From Pseudomonas aeruginosa (GTDB lineage: Bacteria > Pseudomonadota > Gammaproteobacteria > Pseudomonadales > Pseudomonadaceae), in assembly GCF_001457615.1 (NCBI RefSeq), contig NZ_LN831024.1, positions 4,050,001 to 4,082,000 on the forward strand: a stretch of DNA of 32,000 bases, given 5' to 3'. A program made the translations under genes and the position numbers. Shown here piece after piece: positions 1 to 7,870 of this stretch (within the stretch, counting starts at the first letter, position 1; every line of letters starts with the position of its first letter). The notes under the pieces were generated by a model. It was not told the origin of the DNA and did not search any database. It saw only the letters and a list, made by a program, of their open reading frames with translations.

Positions 1-134
1 TTCACAAGAGCAACATCTTCCAGAAGGTCGGTTGCAGTTGCATCGGCGCCTTCAAGGCACTCGCCCGGCAAAAGAAGTGGAACTTCTATATCCCGCCGAC
101 CTTCGCCAGCGCCAAGTACATCATCAATCACTAG
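1..134 (+). CDS. 3' end of a LuxR/GerE-type HTH transcriptional regulator (5'-truncated by the window edge)
   Basis: The frame is open from position 3 to TAG at 132-134. It translates HKSNIFQKVGCSCIGAFKALARQKKWNFYIPPTFASAKYIINH. The HKSNIFQKVG stretch resembles the recognition helix of LuxR/GerE HTH domains. It is absent from the ORF track because no start codon lies in the window. Confidence 0.45.
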   Translation, partial: HKSNIFQKVGCSCIGAFKALARQKKWNFYIPPTFASAKYIINH

Positions 135-217
135 TCGCGCCTCGCGAGAGCCTTCGGCGTGCCGGGCGACGCTTTTGCCGGCGAAACCGAGCGGTTCGAA
201 TGGACAAGGACAACAGC

Positions 218-1765
218 ATGTCTCGAAACAATCCTTCGCGTCATTCAATACTCGTCACTTCCAACATAAACGCGGCCAATGATGCGAATCGTCTTTCCGA
301 GCTTTGTCGACAACTGGAAATACGCGGCTATCGGCTCTTCCAGGCGCCAAGCCGCAAGGTCGCCCTGGATTTTCTCGGCAACGCCGCGCACCCCGCCGGC
401 ATCCTCCTGCTCGTCGCGGAGCCGACAGGCGAGAACGAGGCCGCACAATTGGCGGCCCTCGATGAACTCCGCCAGGTCGCGCCGTCCATCCCGCTGTTCC
501 TGTTGTTTCGTCAACTGCGCATCGAGCAGTTGTCCAGCCAGCTACTGGACGAGGCCCAGGGATGCTTCAACCTGGCCGCCGGCCCCGCACGCTTCATCGC
601 CGAGCGCATCGACAGCGACCTGCGCGAATGGCGCGCCCCGGCAGGCCCCAGGCGGCTGCGCGACTATGCCCCGCCGGTCCCGCGCACGCCGGTGAGCGCC
701 CGCTACAACGGCCGCGCACGCCTCGACTTGGCGCCGGCCAAGCAGTGGCGGATCGGCTCGGGGAGCACCGCGGAGCGCCTGGCGACACCGCTGAACGACC
801 TCTCCACGGCCTACCGCAAGACGTCCGCAGGAGCCCCGGCGGCGCACGCCGGCGACATCGCCGAGGCCTTTCGCCGGGCGCTCTGGGAAGCCGCTGCGCG
901 GCTCGCCAGGGAGGATGGCGATACGTGGTTCTTCGAGATACTGCGGGGCAACCCGGGGCCTGGCATCGAGGCCGGCCGGGAGACGCCGGCGAAGCGCTGG
1001 CACGGGCTCGCCGAGACACTCGACAGCAGTCCTCGGCTGGACCCGCTGCGCGTCGCCCTGAGCGCCCCCGGCCTCGATTCGCGCGGTCGCCCGGCCAGCT
1101 TCGGAGTACCCGCCGCGGTGGTCTGCCGCTACCTGCGCCGGCACGGCATCGCCCCGTTGCGCACCGGCGACTATCGCTTCCTGCTGCTGTTTCCCCAGGG
1201 CGCCAGGGCGGAACACGCGCAGCCGCTGGTGGACAGGCTGTGCGAATTCAAACGCCGGCACGACGACGATGCGCCGCTGAAGCAGGTGTTGCCGGAGTTG
1301 CTCGACAGCTCGCCGCTGTACCGCTACATCGGCCTGCGCGAACTCTGCGCGATGATCCACGAAGCCAGCCTGCGGCTGCACCTGACCGCCCTCGCCGACG
1401 CCGCCGCCAGGGCTGCCGGCCACGCCGCGCTGGCGCCGGCCACGGTCTATGGGCACCTGGTCAGGGACGAAACCGAAGCGGTGGCGATCGACAGGCTCGG
1501 CGGCCGTGTGGTCGCCAGCCTGGTCGGCGTCCATCCGGCGGCCACGCCGCTGCTGTTGCCCGGCGAACGGGTGGCCGAGGAATCACCGGCGCTGATCGAC
1601 TACCTGCTGGCCTTGCAGGCCTTCGGCGAGCACTTTCCCGGTTTCGCTCCCGAGTTGCAGGGCATCGAGATCGATGAGCGCGGCCGCTACCGGGTCCGTT
1701 GCGTCAGGCCGGCAGCCCTCGCCCGCGGCTCCGGCCTGCGCCTGGCCACGCGCCGGCCGGACTGA
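218..1765 (+). CDS. Orn/Lys/Arg decarboxylase-like protein with N-terminal wing (receiver-like) domain and C-terminal OKR_DC_1_C-like domain but no recognisable PLP-binding core
   Basis: This is the 3' part of ORF 32..1765. The upstream gene ends at 134, so the start must be ATG 200 or ATG 218; 218 has AAGGA 7 nt upstream. The N-terminus (ILVTSN...IPLFLLFRQ) resembles the LdcI/AdiA wing domain. The C-terminal ~240 aa (DPLRVALSAPG...FGVPAAVVCRYLRRHGI...LLLFPQG...LLLPGERV...YLLALQAFGEHFPGF) aligns by eye with the LdcI C-terminal domain. No S-x-H-K PLP-lysine motif is present. Confidence 0.8.
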   Translation: MSRNNPSRHSILVTSNINAANDANRLSELCRQLEIRGYRLFQAPSRKVALDFLGNAAHPAGILLLVAEPTGENEAAQLAALDELRQVAPSIPLFLLFRQLRIEQLSSQLLDEAQGCFNLAAGPARFIAERIDSDLREWRAPAGPRRLRDYAPPVPRTPVSARYNGRARLDLAPAKQWRIGSGSTAERLATPLNDLSTAYRKTSAGAPAAHAGDIAEAFRRALWEAAARLAREDGDTWFFEILRGNPGPGIEAGRETPAKRWHGLAETLDSSPRLDPLRVALSAPGLDSRGRPASFGVPAAVVCRYLRRHGIAPLRTGDYRFLLLFPQGARAEHAQPLVDRLCEFKRRHDDDAPLKQVLPELLDSSPLYRYIGLRELCAMIHEASLRLHLTALADAAARAAGHAALAPATVYGHLVRDETEAVAIDRLGGRVVASLVGVHPAATPLLLPGERVAEESPALIDYLLALQAFGEHFPGFAPELQGIEIDERGRYRVRCVRPAALARGSGLRLATRRPD

Positions 1766-1775
1766 GGCGCGCCGT

Positions 1776-3365
1776 TCAGCGCAGCGCCTTGCTCAACTGG
1801 CCACGGTGCTTGAGTTCCAGGCGCTGGACGAAGGCCTGGAGGATGCGCCGGTAGAGTTCGTCGCCGAGCTGGCCGTCCTCGACGCCGGCATCGATATTCG
1901 GGTTGTCGTTGACCTCGATGACCAGCACCTTGTCGCCGGCCTGCTTCAGGTCCACCCCGTAGAGGCCGTCGCCGATCAGCCCGGCGGCCTCCAGGGCCAG
2001 CTCCAGCACCGCCGGCGGCACCTGCTCCAGCGGCACGGCGCGGCACTCGCCGTTGACGTCCTGGCCGTCGGCCTTGTGGTTGTAGATCTGCCAGTGGCCG
2101 CGCGACATGAAGTACTGGCAGGCGTACAGCGGTTGGCGGTCGAGCACGCCGATGCGCCAGTCGTACTCGGTGTAGAAGAACTCCTGGGCCAGCAACAGGA
2201 CCGAGCGCTCGAACAGCTCGCTCGCCGCCGCCAGCAGTTCGCTGTCGTCGTTGACCTTGACCACGCCACGGGAGAAGCAGCCATCGGGAATCTTCAGCAC
2301 CAGCGGGAAGCCCAGGCGCCGGGCCACCCGCTGCCAGTCCTGCGGGCGTTCCTTGTAGAGGATCTCGGTGAGCGGCATGCCCAGTTGCCGGCAACCAAGC
2401 AGGTCGGCCAGGTAGACCTTGTTGGTGCAGCGCAGGATCGATGCCGGGTCGTCCATCACCACCAGGCCTTCGCGCTCGGCCTTCTCGGCGAAGCGATAGG
2501 TATGGTGGTCGACCCGGGTGGTCTCGCGGATCAGCAGGGCGTCGAACTCGGCCAGGCGCGCGTAGTCCTTGCGTCCGATCAGTTCGACGTCGATGCCGAG
2601 GCTGGCGCCGACCCGTACGAAGTTGGCCAGCGCCTGCGGGTTGGACGGCGGCAGCGCTTCGTCGGGATCGTGGAGGATCGCCATGTCGTAGCGTGCCACC
2701 CGCCGCGAACGCGGCATGCGCCAGGCGCGCCGGCTGAAACCGTCGAGGGCGTCGGCGAAGACATCCTCCTGGTCGCTGCGCAGGCGGTTCAGCACGCCAG
2801 GGCGCACGCCCTCGATATGCCAGCCCTGCTGGCGACGGAACTCCACCAGCAGGATCGGACAGGGAAAGGCTTCGAACAACTGGCGGGCGAGGTCGGCCAG
2901 CAGCTCGAACTCGGTATGGCCGAAATACAGGGTCAGGGTGAAGCCGTCGGTGGCGCCATAGGGCGTACGGCACAGCGCCTTGTCCAGGGCCTTGTCGAGG
3001 CCACCCAGGGCCAGCCCGTACACCGACTTGCGAGCCAGTTCGCTGATGCAGCGCAGCGACGGGATCACCCGGTGGCCACGGGCCTCGGCCAGCAGCGAAC
3101 AGTAGTAGCCGAGGCCGAGGTACTTGTAGCCGCGGCACAGGTTGATCACCTGCACGCGGCGGCCGCCGTGGTCGCGCGCCGATTGCTCGAGGTATTCCTG
3201 GGCGGTGAGTACTTCCTCGCTGGGCAGGTAGGAGGCCCAGTCCTCGCGTCGCTCGACGACGATCATCAGGCGGCTGCCGAGGTCGGCGAGAGCCGGCGGT
3301 CGGGGTTGCTCGACGGGGGTCATGCGGAGCGACCCGTCGAGGGTGGCTAACGAGGCTGCTGACAT
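1776..3365 (-). CDS. RimK-type ATP-grasp ligase with ~225-aa RimK-like N-terminal (RLAN-type) extension
   Basis: 529-aa ORF with ATG at 3365 and GAGGA upstream. The C-terminal ~290 aa has the ATP-grasp pattern (LVLKIPDGCFSRGVVKV, LLAQEFF, DWRIGVL, GVDLK, VIEVNDNP). The N-terminal part (YYCSLLAEARGHRVIPS) resembles the RimK-like ATP-grasp N-terminal domain. Confidence 0.85.
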   Translation of the reverse strand: MSAASLATLDGSLRMTPVEQPRPPALADLGSRLMIVVERREDWASYLPSEEVLTAQEYLEQSARDHGGRRVQVINLCRGYKYLGLGYYCSLLAEARGHRVIPSLRCISELARKSVYGLALGGLDKALDKALCRTPYGATDGFTLTLYFGHTEFELLADLARQLFEAFPCPILLVEFRRQQGWHIEGVRPGVLNRLRSDQEDVFADALDGFSRRAWRMPRSRRVARYDMAILHDPDEALPPSNPQALANFVRVGASLGIDVELIGRKDYARLAEFDALLIRETTRVDHHTYRFAEKAEREGLVVMDDPASILRCTNKVYLADLLGCRQLGMPLTEILYKERPQDWQRVARRLGFPLVLKIPDGCFSRGVVKVNDDSELLAAASELFERSVLLLAQEFFYTEYDWRIGVLDRQPLYACQYFMSRGHWQIYNHKADGQDVNGECRAVPLEQVPPAVLELALEAAGLIGDGLYGVDLKQAGDKVLVIEVNDNPNIDAGVEDGQLGDELYRRILQAFVQRLELKHRGQLSKALR

Positions 3366-3548
3366 GAGTGGCGGTATCCTCTGAATGACGGTACCTGCCG
3401 TTCTAGACCTGCCGGCGCCTCCTGTCGCGCCTCGTTACGCAAGCTTTACGAGCGCCGCCGCCAGACGCCGGCGCGGCAACCGGCCAGGGCCGCCGGGCAC
3501 CGCGCCGCGAGTGCCGAGGAGCATTTTTACGCTGGCGTTGCGCGCTCG

Positions 3549-4343
3549 TCAGGCCAGGCTGTCGAGCACCCCGCCGTCGACCCGCAGGGCCGCGCCGGTG
3601 GTCGCCGAGGCCTGGGTCGAGCAGGTGTAGACCACCAGGTTGGAGACTTCCTCGGGCGTCGCCAGGCGCTGGATGATCGAACTGGAACGGTGCTGCCGGA
3701 CAAAGGCGGTGCCGGCCTCTTCTATGCTCTGCCCGGCCTTCTGCGCATCCTCGCGGAGCATCTCGGCGACGCCTTCGGTGAGGGTCGGTCCGGGCAGCAC
3801 CGCATTCACCGTCACCCCGGTGCCGGCCAGGCGCTTGGCCAGGCCGCGCGACACCGAGAGGTTGGCGGTCTTGCTGAAGCCGTAGTGGATCATGTCCGCC
3901 GGGATGTTCAACGCCGATTCCGAAGACAGGAACACCACTCGCCCCCAACCGCGCTCGACCATTCCCGGGACGTAGGCGCGGGCCAGGCGCACCCCGGACA
4001 TCACGTTGACCTCGAAGAAGCGGCTCCACTCGGCGTCCTCGATGTCGAAGAAGTCCTTCAGCTCGAAGATGCCCAGGTTGTTGACCAGGATGTCCGCCTT
4101 CGGCTCGGCCGCAACGAAAGCCGCGCAGCCTTCCGCCGTGCCCAGGTCGCCGGCGACGCCGCGCACCCTGGCATCCGGCTGGTCGTTCCGGATCGCCGCG
4201 ATCGCACGGTCCACCGCCGCCTGGCTGCGTCCGTTGACCACCACGGTGGCGCCGGCGGCGGCGAGGCCGCTGGCGATGGCGAAGCCGATGCCGGCGGTGG
4301 AACCGCTGACGATTGCCAGTTTGTCGCTCAGATCGATCTGCAT
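3549..4343 (-). CDS. short-chain dehydrogenase/reductase (SDR)
   Basis: 264-aa ORF with the TGxxxGIG cofactor motif (VSGSTAGIGFAIA), an NNLG motif and a Y-x3-K catalytic pair (YGFSK). AGGAG lies 6 nt upstream of the ATG at 4343. Confidence 0.9.
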   Translation of the reverse strand: MQIDLSDKLAIVSGSTAGIGFAIASGLAAAGATVVVNGRSQAAVDRAIAAIRNDQPDARVRGVAGDLGTAEGCAAFVAAEPKADILVNNLGIFELKDFFDIEDAEWSRFFEVNVMSGVRLARAYVPGMVERGWGRVVFLSSESALNIPADMIHYGFSKTANLSVSRGLAKRLAGTGVTVNAVLPGPTLTEGVAEMLREDAQKAGQSIEEAGTAFVRQHRSSSIIQRLATPEEVSNLVVYTCSTQASATTGAALRVDGGVLDSLA

Positions 4344-4438
4344 GGGAGTCTCCTGTCGAGTGACGAACCGCTCAGGAACGCGGCTCGGGGAACAGACGAC
4401 AGCCTAGACCAGCCAGCGTTCCGTGCCCGTTCCTGGCC

Positions 4439-4897
4439 TCAGAGACGCAGGCCGAGGTTGATCATCGCCGCCGAATTGCCGAGCAGCACCAGCTCGCTGC
4501 CCAGCGGGCCGAAGCGAACGCCCACCGAGGGGATGATCGCCGGCGCGACGCCGAAGCGGTTCAGCGGGATCTTGTCGCGGTATTCGCCGCGATAGCCCTG
4601 CAACAGGCCGCCGGTGAGCTTCAGGTAGACCGGGTAGCTGTCACTGTCGAAACGCTTGCCCAGGTAGGCGTAGTTGGAGCGCTGGCTGAACGAGTTGCGG
4701 AAGGTCGCACCGCCGGCCAGCACGCCATCGGCGCGGTTGTATTCGAGGCCGAGCAGGTCCTGGTGATTGTTGTGTTCAGGGTCCGGGTTGAAATGCCGGG
4801 TGTAGACGCTGGTCTGCAGGTACCAGAAGTCGCCGTCGTCGGCAGCCCAGGCAGGTGCGGCGAGCACGGCCAGCAGGCTGAGGATGAGATAGCGCAT
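4439..4897 (-). CDS. pagP: small outer-membrane protein, Pseudomonas-type lipid A palmitoyltransferase
   Basis: Internal ATG at 4897 of ORF 4439..5011, with GGAG 6 nt upstream. Signal peptide MRYLILSLLAVLAAPAWA, then a ~135-aa aromatic/Gly-rich beta-barrel-like sequence. Its position between the SDR and aatJ matches PA1343, which I recall as the divergent P. aeruginosa PagP. The symbol is from memory, not a search. Confidence 0.7.
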   Translation of the reverse strand: MRYLILSLLAVLAAPAWAADDGDFWYLQTSVYTRHFNPDPEHNNHQDLLGLEYNRADGVLAGGATFRNSFSQRSNYAYLGKRFDSDSYPVYLKLTGGLLQGYRGEYRDKIPLNRFGVAPAIIPSVGVRFGPLGSELVLLGNSAAMINLGLRL

Positions 4898-4970
4898 GTG
4901 GACTCCAGGCGGCCGTCGCCAGGGAAGGAAGGCAAGACGTGACGGCTTGCGCCTCGCAGCGTGAATTCTG

Positions 4971-5020
4971 CTGAACCCGGCCTGAATCGGGCCTGAACGA
5001 AGCCTGAACAATTTCTGAAC
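4971..5020 (-). promoter_or_regulatory. array of five PhoP-box-type hexamers (GTTCAG/ATTCAG on the minus strand) at exact 11-bp spacing, upstream of pagP
   Basis: Plus-strand CTGAAC at 4971, CTGAAT at 4982, and CTGAAC at 4993, 5004 and 5015. On the pagP strand this reads GTTCAG-N5-GTTCAG-N5-GTTCAG-N5-ATTCAG-N5-GTTCAG. A possible -10 (CAGAAT, 4965-4970) follows. The array ends 74 nt upstream of the pagP ATG. Confidence 0.6.
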
Positions 5021-5070
5021 GAACCGTCAGAAAACCCCGGAATGGCTCAAGAACGGACGTCGGCGAAACG

Positions 5071-5084
5071 TTCGGAAAACCGAA
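5071..5084. promoter_or_regulatory. AauR-type upstream activating sequence, perfect inverted repeat TTCGGAAAACCGAA
   Basis: TTCGG-N4-CCGAA matches the inverted repeat I recall being reported as the AauR binding motif in P. putida. It lies ~120-130 bp upstream of the sigma-54 element of aatJ. Confidence 0.6.
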
Positions 5085-5163
5085 CGCCATGCCCCGAAAA
5101 TATTCGGAAGAGCGGACGAAAGGCCATTTCGGGGCATTTTCATCCAAATTTAATTTCTTTTAC

Positions 5164-5176
5164 TTTCAAACGGTTA
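5164..5176 (+). promoter_or_regulatory. possible IHF site between the UAS and the sigma-54 promoter
   Basis: TTTCAAACGGTTA matches WATCAANNNNTTR at 8 of 9 defined positions. It is preceded by an A/T-rich tract (aaatttaatttcttttac). Confidence 0.35.
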
Positions 5177-5203
5177 GGCTAAAAAAAACCGGATTTCATA
5201 AGC

Positions 5204-5219
5204 TGGCATGCATCCTGCC
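5204..5219 (+). promoter_or_regulatory. sigma-54 (-24/-12) promoter of the aatJQMP operon
   Basis: TGGCATgcatcCTGCC has GG (5205-5206) and GC (5217-5218) at the canonical spacing of TGGCAC-N5-TTGCW. It lies ~130 nt upstream of the aatJ ATG. The window also encodes the cognate NtrC-family activator aauR. Confidence 0.65.
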
Positions 5220-5348
5220 ACTACACTGTTCGGCAAGCACGATACTCTCGTGGCTTCCCCCGCCGGGGAAAACCGCGAAACACCCTGTCCCGGAGAGGCC
5301 AGGCGCTCGCGGCTCAATAAAAATCAAAACAAGTCGAGGAAGAAATTC

Positions 5349-6257
5349 ATGCGTATCGCTCCCAGTCTGCTGAGCACCGCCATCGTGGCCGCTCTGTTGT
5401 CCGCTCCGGTCGTCGCTGACGAGCTCACCGGCACGCTGAAGAAGATCAAGGACACCGGCACCATCACCCTCGGTCACCGTGACGCTTCGATTCCCTTCTC
5501 CTACCTCGGCACCGAGCCGGGCAAGCCGATCGGCTACTCCCACGACCTGCAACTGAAAGTGGTCGAGGCGGTGAAGAAGGAACTCAACCTCCCCGAGCTG
5601 AAGGTCCGCTATAACCTGGTCACCTCGCAGACCCGCATCCCGCTGGTGCAGAACGGCACCGTGGACATCGAGTGCGGCTCCACCACCAACAACGAAGAGC
5701 GCCAGAAGCAGGTCGACTTCTCCGTCGGCATCTTCGAGGTCGGCACCCGCCTGCTGTCGAAGAAGACCGCCAACATCAAGGACTTCGACGACCTCAAGGG
5801 CAAGAACGTGGTGACCACCGCCGGCACCACCTCCGAGCGCCTGCTCAAGGCCATGAACGCGGACAAGAAGATGGGCATGAACATCATCTCCGCCAAGGAC
5901 CACGGCGAGTCCTTCATGATGCTCGAATCCGGCCGCGCGGTGGCCTTCATGATGGACGACGCGCTGCTCTACGGCGAAATGGCCAAGGCCAAGAAGCCGG
6001 ACGACTGGGTCGTCGGCGGCACCCCGCAGTCCTTCGAGATCTACGGCTGCATGGTGCGCAAGGGCGACGCGGCGTTCAAGAAAGTGGTCGACAAGGCCAT
6101 CACCGATACCTACGCCTCCGGCGAGGTCAACAAGATCTACGACAAGTGGTTCACCCAGCCGATCCCGCCGAAGGGCCTGAACCTCAACTTCCCCATGAGC
6201 GAAGAGCTGAAGAAGCTGATCGCCAGCCCGACCGACAAGGCCGCCGAGCAGATGTAA
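5349..6257 (+). CDS. aatJ: periplasmic glutamate/aspartate-binding protein of an ABC transporter
   Basis: Internal ATG at 5349 of ORF 5208..6257, with GAGGAAG upstream. Signal peptide MRIAPSLLSTAIVAALLSAPVVA. Family-3 solute-binding protein similar to GltI. Confidence 0.9.
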   Translation: MRIAPSLLSTAIVAALLSAPVVADELTGTLKKIKDTGTITLGHRDASIPFSYLGTEPGKPIGYSHDLQLKVVEAVKKELNLPELKVRYNLVTSQTRIPLVQNGTVDIECGSTTNNEERQKQVDFSVGIFEVGTRLLSKKTANIKDFDDLKGKNVVTTAGTTSERLLKAMNADKKMGMNIISAKDHGESFMMLESGRAVAFMMDDALLYGEMAKAKKPDDWVVGGTPQSFEIYGCMVRKGDAAFKKVVDKAITDTYASGEVNKIYDKWFTQPIPPKGLNLNFPMSEELKKLIASPTDKAAEQM

Positions 6258-6259
6258 CG

Positions 6260-6352
6260 AGCGCCTGGCGTTCCTCCCGGAGCGCCAGCGCTTCGCGCGT
6301 CGCCCCCGCCTCGCGGCGGGGCCTCGGGGACGCGGGAGGGCCTGCCCCTCCC
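6260..6352 (+). promoter_or_regulatory. three consecutive GC-rich stem-loops in the aatJ-aatQ spacer (intercistronic stabiliser/attenuator candidates)
   Basis: H1: 6260-6270 pairs with 6283-6292 (10 bp, one bulge). H2: CCCCGCC 6304-6310 pairs with GGCGGGG 6315-6321. H3: GGGAGGG 6334-6340 pairs with CCCTCCC 6346-6352. None is followed by a T-tract. Confidence 0.4.
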
Positions 6353-6458
6353 CAGCCGTCTCCCCCGGAAGAGCAGCGCCGCCGGCCCGCACGGCCGCGC
6401 CGGCGCCTGCCTTCCCCGCCAGTGTCTGCAACCGATTGAACCGAGGGGAAACCCCAAC

Positions 6459-7205
6459 ATGAATTACAACTGGGACTGGGGCGTGTTCTTCAAGTCCACC
6501 GGGATCGGCAGCGAAACCTACCTCGACTGGTACATCGCCGGTCTGGGCTGGACCATCGCCATCGCCCTGGTCGGCTGGATCATCGCCCTGGCGCTGGGCT
6601 CGCTGCTCGGCGTCATGCGCACCGTGCCGAACCGCCTGGTATCGGGGATCGCCACCGCCTACGTGGAAATCTTCCGCAACGTGCCGCTGCTGGTGCAGCT
6701 GTTCATCTGGTACTTCCTGGTACCCGACCTGCTGCCCGAGGGCCTGCAGACCTGGTTCAAGCAGGACCTCAACCCGACTACCTCGGCCTACCTCAGCGTG
6801 GTCGTCTGCCTCGGCCTGTTCACCGCCGCGCGGGTCTGCGAGCAGGTGCGCACCGGCATCCAGGCGCTGCCCTACGGGCAGACCTCGGCGGCCCGCGCGA
6901 TGGGCTTCCGCCTGCCGCAGATCTACCGCCACGTGCTGCTGCCGCAGGCCTTCCGGATCATCATCCCGCCGCTGACCTCGGAGTTCCTCAACATCTTCAA
7001 GAACTCCTCGGTGGCGTCGCTGATCGGCCTGATGGAGCTGCTGGCGCAGACCAAGCAGACCGCCGAGTTCTCCGCCAACCTGTTCGAGGCCTTCACCCTG
7101 GCCACGCTGATCTACTTCACGCTGAACATGAGCCTGATGCTGATCATGCGCCTGGTGGAGAGAAAGGTCGCCGTACCGGGCCTGATCTCCGTAGGAGGTA
7201 AATGA
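6459..7205 (+). CDS. aatQ: ABC transporter permease (polar amino acid, His/Glu/Gln/Arg family)
   Basis: 248-aa hydrophobic ORF of the GltJ-like permease family. Its stop overlaps the next start (ATGA). Confidence 0.9.
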   Translation: MNYNWDWGVFFKSTGIGSETYLDWYIAGLGWTIAIALVGWIIALALGSLLGVMRTVPNRLVSGIATAYVEIFRNVPLLVQLFIWYFLVPDLLPEGLQTWFKQDLNPTTSAYLSVVVCLGLFTAARVCEQVRTGIQALPYGQTSAARAMGFRLPQIYRHVLLPQAFRIIIPPLTSEFLNIFKNSSVASLIGLMELLAQTKQTAEFSANLFEAFTLATLIYFTLNMSLMLIMRLVERKVAVPGLISVGGK

Positions 7206-7870
7206 TGGACTTCAGTGGAATCGTTCCCGCCCTGCCGAGCCTCTGGGAAGGCATGCTGATGACCCTCAAGCTGATGGTCCTCGGCGTCCTCGGCGGCGTC
7301 GCGCTGGGTACCGTGCTGGCGCTGATGCGGCTGTCGCACAGCAAGTTGCTGTCGAACATCGCCGGCTTCTACGTCAACTACTTCCGCTCGATCCCGCTGC
7401 TGCTGGTGATCACCTGGTTCTACTTCGCGGTGCCCTTCATCCTGCGCTGGATCACCGGCGAGGACACCCCGGTGGGGGCGTTCACCTCCTGCCTGGTGGC
7501 CTTCATGATGTTCGAGGCGGCCTACTACTGCGAGATCGTCCGCGCCGGCATCCAGGCCATCCCGAAAGGCCAGATGGGCGCCGCCCAGGCACTGGGCATG
7601 ACCTACGGGCAGACCATGCGCCTGGTGATCCTGCCGCAGGCGTTCCGCAAGATGACCCCGCTGCTGCTGCAACAGAGCATCATCCTGTTCCAGGACACCT
7701 CGCTGGTCTATACCGTCGGCCTGATGGACTTCCTCAATTCGGCCCGTTCGCGCGGCGACATCATCGGCCAGGCCAACGAGTTCCTGATTTTCGCCGGCCT
7801 GGTCTACTTCGTCGTAAGCTTCACCGCCTCGTTCGCCGTCAAACGTCTGCAGAAAAGGTTAACCGTATGA
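7202..7870 (+). CDS. aatM: ABC transporter permease (polar amino acid family)
   Basis: 222-aa hydrophobic GltK-like ORF. It has ATGA overlaps with both neighbouring genes. Confidence 0.9.
   Translation: MMDFSGIVPALPSLWEGMLMTLKLMVLGVLGGVALGTVLALMRLSHSKLLSNIAGFYVNYFRSIPLLLVITWFYFAVPFILRWITGEDTPVGAFTSCLVAFMMFEAAYYCEIVRAGIQAIPKGQMGAAQALGMTYGQTMRLVILPQAFRKMTPLLLQQSIILFQDTSLVYTVGLMDFLNSARSRGDIIGQANEFLIFAGLVYFVVSFTASFAVKRLQKRLTV

Noticed and set aside
3366-3548. A possible sigma-54-like GG/GC element or terminator in the SDR to RimK-like spacer.
   Set aside because: Candidate strings (CGGCAGgtaccGTCAT) lack the -12 GC. The only inverted repeats are 5 bp. Nothing here is supportable.
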